Under the pieces are notes generated by a model. That model did not search any database and had not been told where the DNA came from. It saw nothing but the letters and a program-made list of their open reading frames with translations. Position numbers and translations under genes: made by a program. From Dicyema japonicum (lineage: Eukaryota > Animalia > Dicyemida), in contig RDEW01000019.1 in assembly GCA_011109175.1 (NCBI GenBank), positions 993,701 through 1,057,700 of the forward strand: a DNA stretch of 64,000 nucleotides. The letters are read 5' to 3'. Positions 13,390 through 25,662 of this stretch are shown one piece after another. Positions within the stretch are counted from its first letter, which is position 1; every line of letters starts with the position of its first letter.

Positions 13390-13722
13390 TTATTCCAAAG
13401 ACTTCCAAAGACCAAGGGTAAAACCAAACTAACTAATCTCATTATCCATATGTGTTTCAGTAGAACTCTCATTATGTATTGTCGGCATGTTGTTATATGG
13501 TCCCATGTAGCTACTTGAGTGAAGATTTCTTTTCCCTATTAGAAGAGTCATCGGATCCATTTTACTATGGAGACATCCAAATGCCTTGCCAGCTTTCAAA
13601 TGGATCAATTTCTTCATTCCAAATGAAGATTATAGTGACTAGTTATGTCTCCGATCTCACCTTATCAGACAATAACCTCTGGATTACTATGCTTGAATGA
13701 GGACTCTAGTTGAACGAGTAAA
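13390..13722 (-). mobile_element. R4-like LINE 3' fragment
   Basis: IQSIVIQRLL-like motif and tail ATTAGTTAGTTTGGTTTTACCCTTGGTC, like the ends at 6390 and 23330. Confidence 0.45.
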
Positions 13723-13732
13723 GATCAGCTAT

Positions 13733-14217
13733 TATTATTATTATTATTAAAAAGCACTCCCGAGAAAGCATAAAATTAGAAAAGTTTCCCTTGTGCCGTA
13801 TTCCGAATCATCCTATCCGTCAGCTTCGACCATGATTTTCTGTTGCGCACAAGTTCTCTTAGGTAGTCCAGGTCGTCCACCATTTCACTTATAATATTAG
13901 ATGCTGTCCACACCCTTGTAACGTAGTGAATCAGGTCCCGGTGGACTGCAAATCCAAGACCACAATGTCTGCAGGCCGATGGGAGGATAAAAAGGTGGAA
14001 TTTTCCAAACAGTTTTGTACATTGTAAGGTCGTTTTTGTCTCTTGTAGACAGCAGACAAAAAGGTCATATTTTGTTAGATCGCATACCAGTTGGCGTTTC
14101 TTGCAAAGTTGTTTAAGTCTTCTGCAATTGAAAGATCCCAGAGTGAATGGAAAAGTCGGTAAGGGATACAAATAAGACATAGTGGAATAAAGGCGTCGTC
14201 ACCACCTCAACCAACAG
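13733..14217 (-). mobile_element. Internally deleted mini-RTE (485 bp) with an intact 134-aa fused ORF (13776-14180)
   Basis: APE N-terminus (TLGSFNCR...CCLQETK...GLGFAV) is fused in frame to the RTE C-terminus (DDLDYLRELVRNRKSW...TAQGKLF*). (TAA)n tail; 10-bp TSD GATCAGCTAT at 13723-13732 and 14218-14227. Confidence 0.85.
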
Positions 14218-14231
14218 GATCAGCTATAGTT

Positions 14232-15400
14232 AAGTAACCCCAGCCTTACTAACTTGTACGAGTTATTAAGTAAGACGCAGCAGATGTTGGTCGTTCTCAT
14301 AGATCGGTCAGTTCCGGCATTGTGGAGAAATGTTGTGCCAATTCATGACATTGAAATAGGTGATTTGTTGTCAGCACGTGTAGGTTGCAAAAGGGGCAGA
14401 GTACATCATAAGCTGGTAGATATGGGTGGTGCCCACATCGTAGACGAGCCAGGTTTACTCGCACGTCCCTAAAAAAGAGAGGATTCTGATTGGTCTATTG
14501 GAAGAGGGGGTCGCTGTAATATTTTATTGTCTCCAAGTCTTCGGATGCTTCTCGTAGAAACAAAATCGTGTATCTGTTTTAGACGACTTCTGTCATTGGG
14601 GATGGAAGGAATGGATGATAGCATTCGAGACAGGTCACTGGTTGTCATAATAATTTTACTTTTGTTTTGCGGTTTGCATAGAAAGTGGCAGGGATGTTAT
14701 AGTCTGTAGGAAATGCAGGGCTCTCATTTCCAGATGGTCTCCAATTGGAAGGATCTTTGACTCCCAATGTAGATGATCGACAGGAGTTGATCTGAGACAT
14801 CCAGTAATTATCCTGAGCGCGATGTAAATGCAGGGCTCTCATTTCCAGATGGTCTCCAATTGGAAGGATCTTTGACTCCCAATGTAGATGATCGACAGGA
14901 GTTGATCTGAGACATCCAGTAATTATCCTGAGCGCGATGTTTTGTACTTTTTGTAGTTTGTCAATAGAAGTAAGAGAGGCAGAGGTTGACCAGCAAGGGC
15001 TTGCATAGTTAATAGTTGTTCGAATGAATTGTTTATGATGGTCAGGGATTCTTTGCTTTGGCCAAAGGAATGACCTGACACAGCTTTAAGTATGTTGATC
15101 TTGTGAGAAACCTTTGTACATTGTTCCTCCACATGTTTAGAGAAAGTTAGTAGTTGGTCATAAATAACTCCAAGTATTTTGGGATGTTTCGTAACGGTGA
15201 GTGGTTGTCCATGAATTGTTAAAATTGGTTGAAAATTTAGTTGGCGGCGGTTGGACATGAATACAGTGACGGTGGATTTCGATGGAGAGGAGGATAGGTG
15301 GTTTGCTCCAAGCCACTCTTCAAAGGTGTTCAAGTGGATCTGAACATCCTTCGTTGCTTCGTTGATGTTATGTCTTTAGAGGCAACAATCATGTCAGATA
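14232..15400 (-). mobile_element. Vingi/Ingi-like LINE 3' part with C-terminal zinc knuckle
   Basis: HPKILGVIYDQLLTFSKHV; VNLARLRCGHHPYL...CPFC...TTNHLFQC; internal perfect 115-bp tandem duplication (14711-14940). Ends in an 8-bp stem + TGGGGTT. Confidence 0.8.
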
Positions 15401-15574
15401 CAAGAATTTTGTTACTTAGCACGTGAAAGTGAACGACATAAGAGCAAATAATTACAAACTTATATTTATTCTTTCCTGTTTCATTTAAAATTTATTTTTT
15501 TTAATAATTATATCAATTCTATCATATTTATAATTGCTCATTATTACTGTTCTTTTATCGGAGTTTTACAAAAA

Positions 15575-17060
15575 CGTGTGTCTCTGGTGTGGTTGTGTGT
15601 ATGTCTGTTTTCTTAAATGCGGAAACAAATCCTGTTGGCTTTCCTACTGATTTGATGGAGGAAAATACACGATCTGAAGTAGGACATCTGGCTTCAGGGC
15701 TGCATGAACAACCTGGGGTTAGTGGTGGACCACAACGGACTATACTTGACCACTTACTACCTCTGAGGACAGTGATCGCCAGTGTTTGTCACAATGATAA
15801 GTGCCAGTTGACGAATGAAGTTGTTGGCTCTTACAAAGCAAGATTTGGGAGGATTCCTCGTGGTGGCTGGCATTGATTGCTGATACGTTTAATGAGAGGT
15901 TTTCCACCAGAAAGAGCATTTCAAATGTCAGGAAATTGCTTGAGGGATCCTTAAGAAGAATAATGTTTAAGATGGGAAGTTCCCCACAAAGGAAATTGTG
16001 CCTGATAGCTCCACAAAAGAAATCTCAGTGTATGGAAAGTGTGTGGAGGAGTTGAAGATTTAGAATTGTTCAAATGATTCCACGGTATGCGAGGACTCCG
16101 ACCCGGAAAATCCCTTACACGATAGTCAGAACCGATGTGCTTACTGTATTGAAGGCAGCCATTGCAAATTATATGGCTGGCCAACGACCCAAGGATTTTA
16201 ACCAAGTAACAGACATCATCCACGCAGGACAACGGGAATATGACGTTCTAACGTGGAAGTCACCAACATCAAGTAAATGGAAGGAGAATACTGTAAAGAG
16301 GATAGCCTTACTGAAGCAAAATCTGTGTATCCTTAGTGACTTTGAGGACCAAAAGAGTAAGGAGGATAATGAAAGAGAGATGAATATATTCGCATCTTAT
16401 TGATATAAGAAATCACGAAAGGGAGAATTTATCAGAGTAGTCGCATTACTGACAAAATTAGAGTACTGGAAAAAAGAATCAATACTCATGAATCGAGAAG
16501 ACCATTCAGGAGAGAAACAGAAAGAGATTCTATCGAAGTCTTACCGGTAATGCTGGGAAAAGATGAGTTTTATCTTTTTTGGGAAACCGTATGGGAGAAA
16601 GCTGAAAGTCAGAGATTTTTCAACGTTGTCCGAAAATGTATAACTGGGGTGGAAGAGTCTCCAGTGGATATGACACGTGACTTTATCAAATCAAATGAAG
16701 AGTAATCCTTAACTTAAACATGGAGTGGAGTGGGACAGTTGCATTGAAACGTGTAATACTATAAGGAGACTCTGTCTCCCCAACTTTTTGTTTTAGTCAC
16801 GGATTCCTTAAGCAAGATTTTAAATAATAAATTTCCAAAATTGTATATATCCCGAAGTAATTCATCATTGATGACGTAATCAATCACTTATTATTTATGA
16901 TCTAAACATATTTACTGAGAAGGAAGATACAATAGCGAAGATGATCAATGAAATTGATGAGTATTTCAGAGTGGTTGGACTTAAGAGGAGTTTTGAGAAG
17001 TCTGCCACTAATCTGAGATGTATGGAAATCGTAAAATGAGGGTTATCGCTACCCCGGAGT
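15575..17060 (+). mobile_element. R4-like LINE family B, 5' region, degenerate
   Basis: YKARFGRIPRGGW matches family A FLATKQRFGRIPRGGW; ATG preceded by GGTGTGGTTGTGTGT; decayed RT remnants downstream. Confidence 0.7.
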
Positions 17061-17174
17061 GTTATAAGACAAAGGAAGTAATGTCATGAACCATAAAGTC
17101 TTGAACACTATTGCTGAAAATGTGAGAGAGGATTATAAAAGGGATATAGATATGGATACCGTGATTACTTAGAC

Positions 17175-17455
17175 CAATAGTTCTCAACCGTTGGCCGCAG
17201 AGTGGTTCCGGTCCGTAGACCAATGGTACAAGGCCGAGCAAGAAATACAGTTTAGAAATATAGTTTGCATATATGTGGGCAGTTTTAAGGTTCTTTATGT
17301 GAGTTTTTACACTTTTCATAAGATTAGTAATACACCTTTAAGTTTAGAGACTAGTGTTGTAATTATGTCCCGCATTGCTATTACTAAACGCAGGGCAACG
17401 GTAAAATTGTATAAGGTTTAGCAGTCCGCGACAACAAAAAGGTTGTGGACTACTG
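17175..17455. mobile_element. hAT (Buster/Charlie-type) MITE, 281 bp
   Basis: TIRs CAATAGTTCTCAACC / GGTTGTGGACTACTG; 8-bp TSD ACTTAGAC (17167-17174) vs ACTTTGAC (17456-17463). Confidence 0.8.
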
Positions 17456-17513
17456 ACTTTGACGACAATTGTCTTCTTATAATAATAAATATAACTCAAA
17501 TATTATTACAATT

Positions 17514-20500
17514 TTAATTAATTTCAACTTCCAAAAGAAGAGAAATAGAGATATCAAATTGATCATATCCTTTAATCAAATGAACACTTCTCACTCCATG
17601 TCTAATACAATTAAGAGGACAGCAATAATGTCCAACTTCTCCAACATCACCAAACATGTCCTCCTCATATGCCACTATTCTTAACAAACTCAAATCGGAA
17701 TCAATAACTTCAAAAAGTACTCCCGATTCAAAAAGTTCAATAGACCCATCGATTTCTACACATTATATAATAATTACCTTTCCCTTTAAAACGACACTTA
17801 CGACCAGTTCCCACCACATCTATTTCAAACACCAATCCTATTCCAACTCTGTCAAACCTACGACTGGCCAACAACTACGCATATTGCTTACAATTACTCT
17901 AATCATTATGTCTTTTCTATTTCCTCCAATTTTTAAAGTAGGTTTTAGAACATATCCACAACCCCCGTTGTCCTTAAAACGTCCAACATTCTCCTGCATT
18001 CCACGGTCCATTCGTTGGTAGTTAAAAGCCACGAGTTGACATCCACTCTTCCATACTGAATAAGGGTCCATGTTGGATGAGTCAAATCGACTGAACTTTG
18101 GGTAGACTCGTATAAGAGTTTTATCAGTTATTCTTAAATAAATTATAATATACTGTGATATTAGTGATGTATTCTTATCAAATACATTTTCATTAATAGA
18201 ATGCATTTCATTATAAAGTAGTGGAATTCTCCCTAATGGGACTGTTGAATAGTATACTAATTCTGATAATTCTTTTACTAGTCTTACATTCTTACGTTTT
18301 GGATTCTTATATATTTATATGTAATATAACTTTACTATCTGACACAGCATTACAAAACTCATTAACGATATCACCACTCACAAACACAAACTCCATATCT
18401 CCAACCATTACTCCATTACCATTCAATTTATCTCAATAAATATAATAACTTACTAATACTCACACTCTCTAATGGAATACTTCCTTCTATTTCTTCCATT
18501 CTCTCATCAAAGTGACGTCTGTCCACCTCTAACTCTTTTTTCTCCAATAAGTGATTCCATGAGTTGTCTACCTCCAACTCTACATTCTCTACAATATATT
18601 CTCCCTTATAATAAAATGTGACATTCTATAATGTTTATGAAAATAACCTTAGAATATTCCTTCAATGTCTGATTGCATATTGGATATCGTAATAATAGTC
18701 CATCACTTATAAAGTGATATTTGTAAAACCTAATAATACTCTTTACACTCCAAAATTTGTTGTTTTCTATGACATACATATTATTATCTCTAATTAATGA
18801 ATAATGAATTATTCGTAATGAATCTCTGTAGTGTAACCATAATATCACCTTACTGCAATATAAACAGTCTCTTGACAACTATATACTACGTACATTCCCT
18901 TATAAGGAATTAGATTTAATGCTCTTTCTGCAAACTCTCTGTCTTTATTATTATAGAACCATTCCTCATATAAGTGATTCCACAATTGTGGAACTCCATC
19001 ACTCAATTTAAATTTAATTCCTTTAATTCTAATAATAATAAATAATAAATACATAAATGAATTGTTGGTATAGTACTTGACAAGATCATATAATGAAGAA
19101 AATAATAGTTTTGATGTAAAATAGTATTGTTTATTACTGTACAATACTCGACTGTGGTAAACTTCATTATTCATTCTTAAATAACCAAATTATATTACAT
19201 TAAACTTAATGTATAACCACAATCCACTGAATCACTCTCTCTTATCATAAACATTGCTTTCCCTTCTATTTTATACATTCTCAAAATGTCCACTGTTTGG
19301 GACTTTCCTCCAGCCATTTTCCCATGATACCACATGTATAAATCTTTACTTTTATCATTGGAAAACAAATATTCAAAGTAAGGACTCCATCGTATGACAT
19401 TACCAGTAACAATAATATGACACAAATCCATTTTCTAAAATAATATGATAATATTACATAGTTTAATGGATTATTCTTTTTCCCTTTAAAACTCAACACT
19501 TCTTTATTACTCTCAATTTTAGCCTTTACTATTATTTTATTTCTAAGAAAATCAGGAGATGGAATTACTGAGTCGTCACAAGTTACCAAAGAGTCTATAT
19601 ATTATAGAAATACTACTTCCAAAGTAATCTACCAAATATCCTGCCAAAACCTTTTGTTGTAGTACTGACAGATGTATTTCGAAGGAGATAATGACAGGTA
19701 AACTAAATAACCGCAAAACTACTCGCTTGAATAAAAGGCATATTCTTTTATTTGCGAGAGAACATCTTCCAAACGTACCCTACTAGTGAGAGTCCTTCCA
19801 TGGTAAACCATTGGGACTGCCTTGTGGTCCATCCCAACAGTCAACTTTTAATTAGTAAAATATAACTTTCAATACAACGACAGTTCATTCTAAGACAACG
19901 ACCATAAGACTCAGGTAATGAATCACTAATTAATTGGTCACCAGTTAGGTATGTATTGTGAGAGGAGGCAATCCAGTAATATGAGAGTGGATGGGTTAAT
20001 GACTGATATATTTGAGAGTACTGAGGATCAAATAAACTATTGGCTGACGTATAAAGATATTCTACTATGCTTGTGGGATTTTTTTTGTTTTTTAAATATT
20101 TCTTTAATAAATCGATTATTATTTGTTCATCCTTTTAGGCTATTGTAAATCTATATTTAATATTAAAATAACTTTGCAATAACCTGAATATGTTAACATT
20201 TCAATACAATTATTTGTAATTTCCATAACTTCATTGTATGATTTACATTTCATTAATTCATTTTTATCAATAATTTGTTTTACAATATTTTTCCTATAAA
20301 TAAATACAAATATAACAAATTATTATTTCTTTGGGGATCCACTATTTCTCTTACTATGACTCTAGAGTAACCATTGGTCATACTTTTGTATCTTTTCCAA
20401 ATCACTTAATCCTCTTTGGATAGTTCTGAGTTGTTCAATCTCATTAAATATATTTTGTATTATTTGATTATCATATGCTTAGTAAACCTATAATAATACA

Positions 20501-20783
20501 TGCTAATGAAATTGTATTGAGTTTGAATTCATGTCCATATCGAATAGTCAGTTCAAACATTTTAGTATTAATTTCTGATATTTCATTAATATTTACTAAT
20601 TTATAATAATATATACTTTTATGCTTTTTTCACTATCATTTAATGAAATAATAAATATATATGATGTTACTTCTGAATACATTATTTTTACTTGATCAAT
20701 CAAACGTCCTTTACTCTTATTTATTAAATTCAATGATTCTCCTAATATATTCTTTAATAATACAACATAATTACTAATAACAT
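17514..20783 (-). CDS. PLCG: Phospholipase C-gamma, compact (~940 aa), about 19 tiny introns; carries apparent indel(s)
   Basis: Domain order: PH ([12 protein letters not shown]), X box ([53 protein letters not shown]), nSH2 (WYHGK...FMIRES...GYTLS), cSH2 (EWFY...LRYPI), Y box ([21 protein letters not shown]...GCGYVLKP), C2 ([14 protein letters not shown]). Stop at 17514-17516; start is tentative. Confidence 0.9.
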
Positions 20784-20879
20784 TACGGATTATATTAATA
20801 TATTTAAATTATTATTTTTTATTAATATATATTCATTGCCACTCTTTTAGTACAACTTAGTTAGGTTACAAGTTATATA

Positions 20880-21357
20880 TTAAAAGTCAGTTTCAATTAT
20901 TTCTTGCACAAATGGAGACTTAAACTGTTCTCTCTCATACTTTTGAGGATAAAAGTATAAATTCTGTCTACATTTATTTGTGAGTTTTACTATTATTAAA
21001 AATATTAATACACTTGCAGAATACATTGAAATCTGGTTCACAATTAATAAGATACATTGAAACAATAAATTTATTGACTACACATTTTAGTCTTGTCTTT
21101 TCTAATTTATTAAATTTATCCTTCATATATCCTACAATACTTTTCCCTGGTTCTATCAATTTGGTTGTATTTTGAGATAATAATCTAACTATAATAAATG
21201 AATATTAAATACAGTTAACCACACGTGAGTAGTTTGTCTTGGCAATAGTAATATAGTACCCCCATTTAGTGAAATGTATTTTAGAAGGGTATTTGTACTC
21301 ATTATCAAGCAAACATATTCCAGTTTGATAAGTAATAGTAATTAACAATAATATCAT
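20880..21357 (-). CDS. Orphan 143-aa protein with hydrophobic N-terminus; join(21357..21213, 21188..21012, 20989..20880)
   Basis: Two GT-AG introns (21189-21212, 24 nt; 20990-21011, 22 nt) link three open frames into MILLLITITYQTGICLLDNEY...IETDF* with no internal stops. No family recognised. Confidence 0.55.
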
Positions 21358-21661
21358 TGTCTCTTTATTATTTTATTTTATTTATTTACATAATAGGCAA
21401 CAGGTTTTTAATATTACGAATATATCTGTTTGAAAAATATTGTCAAATTAAATTAGTAATGGTTATATTAATGAAAAAAATCATAAGGACTCTGGTTTAA
21501 ATAGTAGGAAGGAGCTTAAATAGTAAAAAATCACAAACGTATATTTTACATATCAAGTCAATAATAAGAAATAATCTCTATGAGTTATGTTGTAATAGTT
21601 TTTCTCTAAGATAAGAAAATATAATCAATTAATTATGTTTTAGAAATCACCACATGTTACA

Positions 21662-22780
21662 TACAGTGCTGGGAGAAGAAAAACCGCTTTTGCTGTTACA
21701 AACTTTTTTTGGCGAATAGCTTTTAATTTTTCAACTGAATTAAAGTGTTTGTAGTTGACTGAATGTATAAATTTTTTATTTATAAAAAATTTCATTAATC
21801 GTATAAAATTTTAAAAATTTCAATTTCAGCGAGATAATAAAAAACGGGTTTTTTATTTTGTGATCTATTTTGATTCTTGGTTTGTGTTTTATAAGCAGAT
21901 GTTAAATACATAATTAAAGAAAAGATACTTGCTCTTTCGGAGTTAACAATGGACGATAAAAAATTTTGCAGAACATTTAAATATTCCAAAATCGACAATC
22001 AGAGATTTTTTTCTTAAATCCAAAAATATCGAACTACTGAAAGGCTTCCTGGGTCCGGACGTCCTGAAAAGCTTAAAAACAGACATTGAAGTTCTATTAC
22101 ATCATAGGAATTAAAATCTTTTTTAAAGACATTGAAGTTCCAAAAAATCTTGGAACACTTTGAGAAATGAAATAAGACATTTTACTGGTAAGAGTGTCTG
22201 TAGAAAGACAATTGGGGTCTAATTAAATTCTATTTTTTTATTCGGAAGAGTATGTCAACATAAACCGTTGTTATAAAAGAAACAAGTTGGGTGAGGCAGA
22301 CCAATAGGGGGGACGTCCAGGAATGATAATCTTCTTGGATTGGAAAGGGTAGTTGATCCTTTATGGTTGTGAGATAGAATCCACAACTTGCGGCATCAGA
22401 AACGGAGAACCACATGACGAGTGTATAATCAATATAAATATAATAAAAAATAATTTGTTTGTTTAGGCGAGAAGAATGTGACTAAATGAGTTCACTTTCA
22501 ACAAGATTTGGCTCCTTGTCATCGATCAGTGTTGACAACTAAGTTTTTTGATGAAAATAACATCCCAATTCTAGAATGGGTTCCGCATTCTCCAGACATA
22601 AACCCAATGGAACACGTTTGAAAAAATCAAAAATTTTCATTAGACCAGGCGAAAATAAACTTGATCTCCAAGTCACATTAATCAAAATTTGGAACGAATT
22701 GCCATCTGAAAACATTCGAAAAAATATAATAAAATTATTCCAACTATTTAATTATGCCACATAGCGCCAACGTTTATGTG
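21662..22780 (+). pseudogene. Tc1/mariner transposase remnant
   Basis: TACAGTG terminus, FAEHLNIPKSTIRD (HTH), GSGRPEKL, FQQDLAPCH...EWVPHSPDINPMEH; interrupted and deleted. Confidence 0.75.
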
Positions 22781-22799
22781 GTGTGGCTACTTGAATTAA

Positions 22800-23050
22800 A
22801 GTTATTTTCATCTTTTCCTCCTCTTCCCTTTTGTCTCACAGGAGCTTTAAGTGTCAGCGTGCATAACGTGGTTCACCACTTCTGGTGGTGGCAGATATAA
22901 TCCTAAATTATATCCAGAAAGGACTATTAGTCTAAAACCATCAAGTAGACTTCCTTTAAGTCCGAGTATGCGAAGAATGCTGATGGAGGCCGAGATCACC
23001 TATTTTTTTTAATTCTGGCTATGACGGTGGTTTTTTGGTCTAATAAATTT
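22800..23050 (+). mobile_element. Vingi-like LINE 3' end
   Basis: RMLMEAEITYF resembles RMACLIAGTGITYL (6.8 kb). Stem AGATCACC (22993-23000) / GGTGGTTT (23026-23033). Confidence 0.5.
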
Positions 23051-23129
23051 AATTTAATTATGTTTATAATTATTATTCACCATATCCCAACTAGTCATAC
23101 AATTAACTTAATTAATTGTTAGAGTCATT

Positions 23130-23410
23130 ATCGCTGGTGCTATGTGGATAGTTTGTCAAAATTATTTTTTTTCTTCCGATGGCGTCACTGGATCCACCTT
23201 ACTGAGGAGGCGCCCAATGCCTGGCCAGCATCAAGAGGATCCAACAATTCTTCCCCGGGGACAACGTCGTTACCTGGTGACAAGTTCTGGAATGCTGGAA
23301 CGAGTCAGGATCGAGGAGTTAGTTAGTTTTGTTACGCTTGGTTTTTTGAAATAATTTAAATTTTTTAATTGTTATCTTCTTAGTGTATCCGGGGTTAATA
23401 AATAAATTAA
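23130..23410 (+). mobile_element. Retroelement 3' fragment(s)
   Basis: GC-richer island ending GAGTTAGTTAGTTTTGTTACGCTTGG, followed by GTGTATCCGGGGTTAATAAATAAA. Confidence 0.4.
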
Positions 23411-23819
23411 TTTTAACTAGTCATCTAACAAAAACTATATTTTAACAGCTCGCACACATCAAGCCTATATCGAATCTCCAGAAACTGTAAAACACTCAGT
23501 TTTACATTGGCCGGTCTGTATACTCTTTGATATCCAAAATCCTGGCACTTTCTAAAATTAAAGATATTCTCATCGTGTCATTTCAATATGGATTCAAAGA
23601 TGAGAGATTAACATAGATCAGCATGTCATCTTTAGGCAATATGGAATATGGATTTTCGACATGGAAATATGAAGATTGTGCTTTATTCATTAACAACACC
23701 AAGTTTTCATCTCAGTAACAGATAAGGTTCACTATTATATAAGTTTAACAGAAATCTCTTAATTTTAAGCTTCGGCAGCATAATTTATCTAATTTTCGAC
23801 AAAAAAAAGTTAGGAAAGC

Positions 23820-25260
23820 GTGAACAACTTCGGCAAAAAGGAAAAGTTAGGAACAACCAAGAAAGGAAAACTGGCAAATGAAGGTAAACCGACAGTGAAG
23901 ACTAAATCAAAGAAAAGGATTGAAATACCCACCAATAAACTATATGATATTGTTGTATCAGGACAAGCTGTTTCTTCTAACTTGGCTTATGATTCTCTTG
24001 TAGTGAATCTAGTAATTAAAAACATGGCTTTGGGACTGATTAAAGTTTTAACATAGTGTCGAACTCAGCGACTGCCAGTAAGGCACGAATTACATTAAGC
24101 AAATCAGGCATATTTACGCTTGAATTTGCCTCAAAAGAGGATATGGACGCTTGTGTCGATGATTTTGGCTTGAGAGAGCTATTTGGTATTGATGGACATG
24201 TTTTTACTAATTCTTTCCTATATCTTTCCATTGTTGTTGTGAAGGGAATCCCTTCTTGGGTCTCAGATGATGACTTAAATCTTTATTTTACAGAAACTCT
24301 ACGACCTGGTTTCTCTTTCCAACGTTTCATGAAGGACGGGCGCAGTCTTCCTGTTGGAAAATTAACTTTGAAGTCTAGAGCGGAAACCACGTCACTTGTG
24401 AGACTGGGGATGGTGTTTGGGTTCCAGAGAGTTCGTTTTGAATGGTACAGAAAACCGGTAACTAGGTACTACCGATACCAAAACTTTGGGCACATTGCGA
24501 ATTTCTCTAAGGAAAAGGAAAGGTCCTTAATTTGTGGTGAAGAGCACAATGTGAACTCTTGTTTGGCTAAGGACAGTGAAAGGAAATGCATTAACTCAAA
24601 AGTCATTTGAGTTGTTATGGTGGTTGTTATTCAGCAAAGGCTGCCTTCAAAGAAAGAAAAACAAAAGACTTGACTAAGAAGATGTTTTGATCCGTTCAGT
24701 GGGTTAAAGCTGAGGCTGTTGAAAGTGCTTGGGGAAAATCTACACACAGCATAAAATGTGTTTTTTAACCCAAATAGACGCGAAAATGTCGACCGTGGAT
24801 ACTAACCAAACCTCTGACAATACGAACATTGTTGCCAATTACATTAACAAAGGGAATACTGTTGGTACTCCTAATCTGGTAAAAGGAATTGATAAATGCT
24901 GTTGACAAACTGGTCTATATTTGTGCCGAAAAAGGAAATGACGTCAGGAACCTGTTAGCCTTCTTATTTGGAAAGGCAGAAGTCTGTTCTTACTATCATT
25001 GGGTTGATCGCCCGATCCTTAAAAAGAAGGCGTTCTGAGATTGTGAATATGCTATCCACCAATCCCGTTGATATATTAATTGTTAATGAAAAGAGTGAGG
25101 ATATTTTTCAACTTGAGAGATATTGTTCTCTTGATATAAAATAGAAGTCTGGATCGGTTGCAGAAAGGGGTACATATTTGTTCTACAGACTAAATCTAAG
25201 GGTTCGTAACCTGAAGATTCATTGCCCTCCATTTTAAGGATCTATCATCGTTCTATTACA
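23820..25260 (+). mobile_element. APE-type LINE ORF1 (gag-like) with decayed ORF2 start
   Basis: ORF 24056-24610: VVKGIP...YRKPVTRYYRYQNFGHIA...ICGEEH...C...CIN, degenerate triple zinc knuckles typical of I/Jockey-group ORF1. Confidence 0.65.
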
Positions 25261-25662
25261 TACATTTTTCGACATCATCCATTCGTATTCATAAATATTT
25301 TTGATGTATTGATGATTAAGAAGTTCGTTAAATTCCAATTGAATTGATTAAGGTATAAAACACCAAATGATCCATTACCGACCATTTAAGTATCAATCAA
25401 CGTTCAATTACTCATTTTTTTCGACATCATCCATTCATGTTCATAATTGTGACTTTGATGTATTAATACTTAATAAAGAACTTCGATTAATATCGTATAC
25501 ACCAAATAAATTCATATCCATCCCAAGTGATCTACGATTTAATAATTAAATAGTCAAATAATTTTTTTATTATACAATTATCAAAGTTTCATAATATTTG
25601 TATTATTTAAAAGACTATAAATACCACTAAATGATATTAATTATTTAATTAATAACCCCAAT

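Noticed and set aside
25260-25550. Diverged ~150-bp direct repeat (TTTTTCGACATCATCCATTC twice)
   Set aside because: Two old copies with no ORF or structure; unremarkable.
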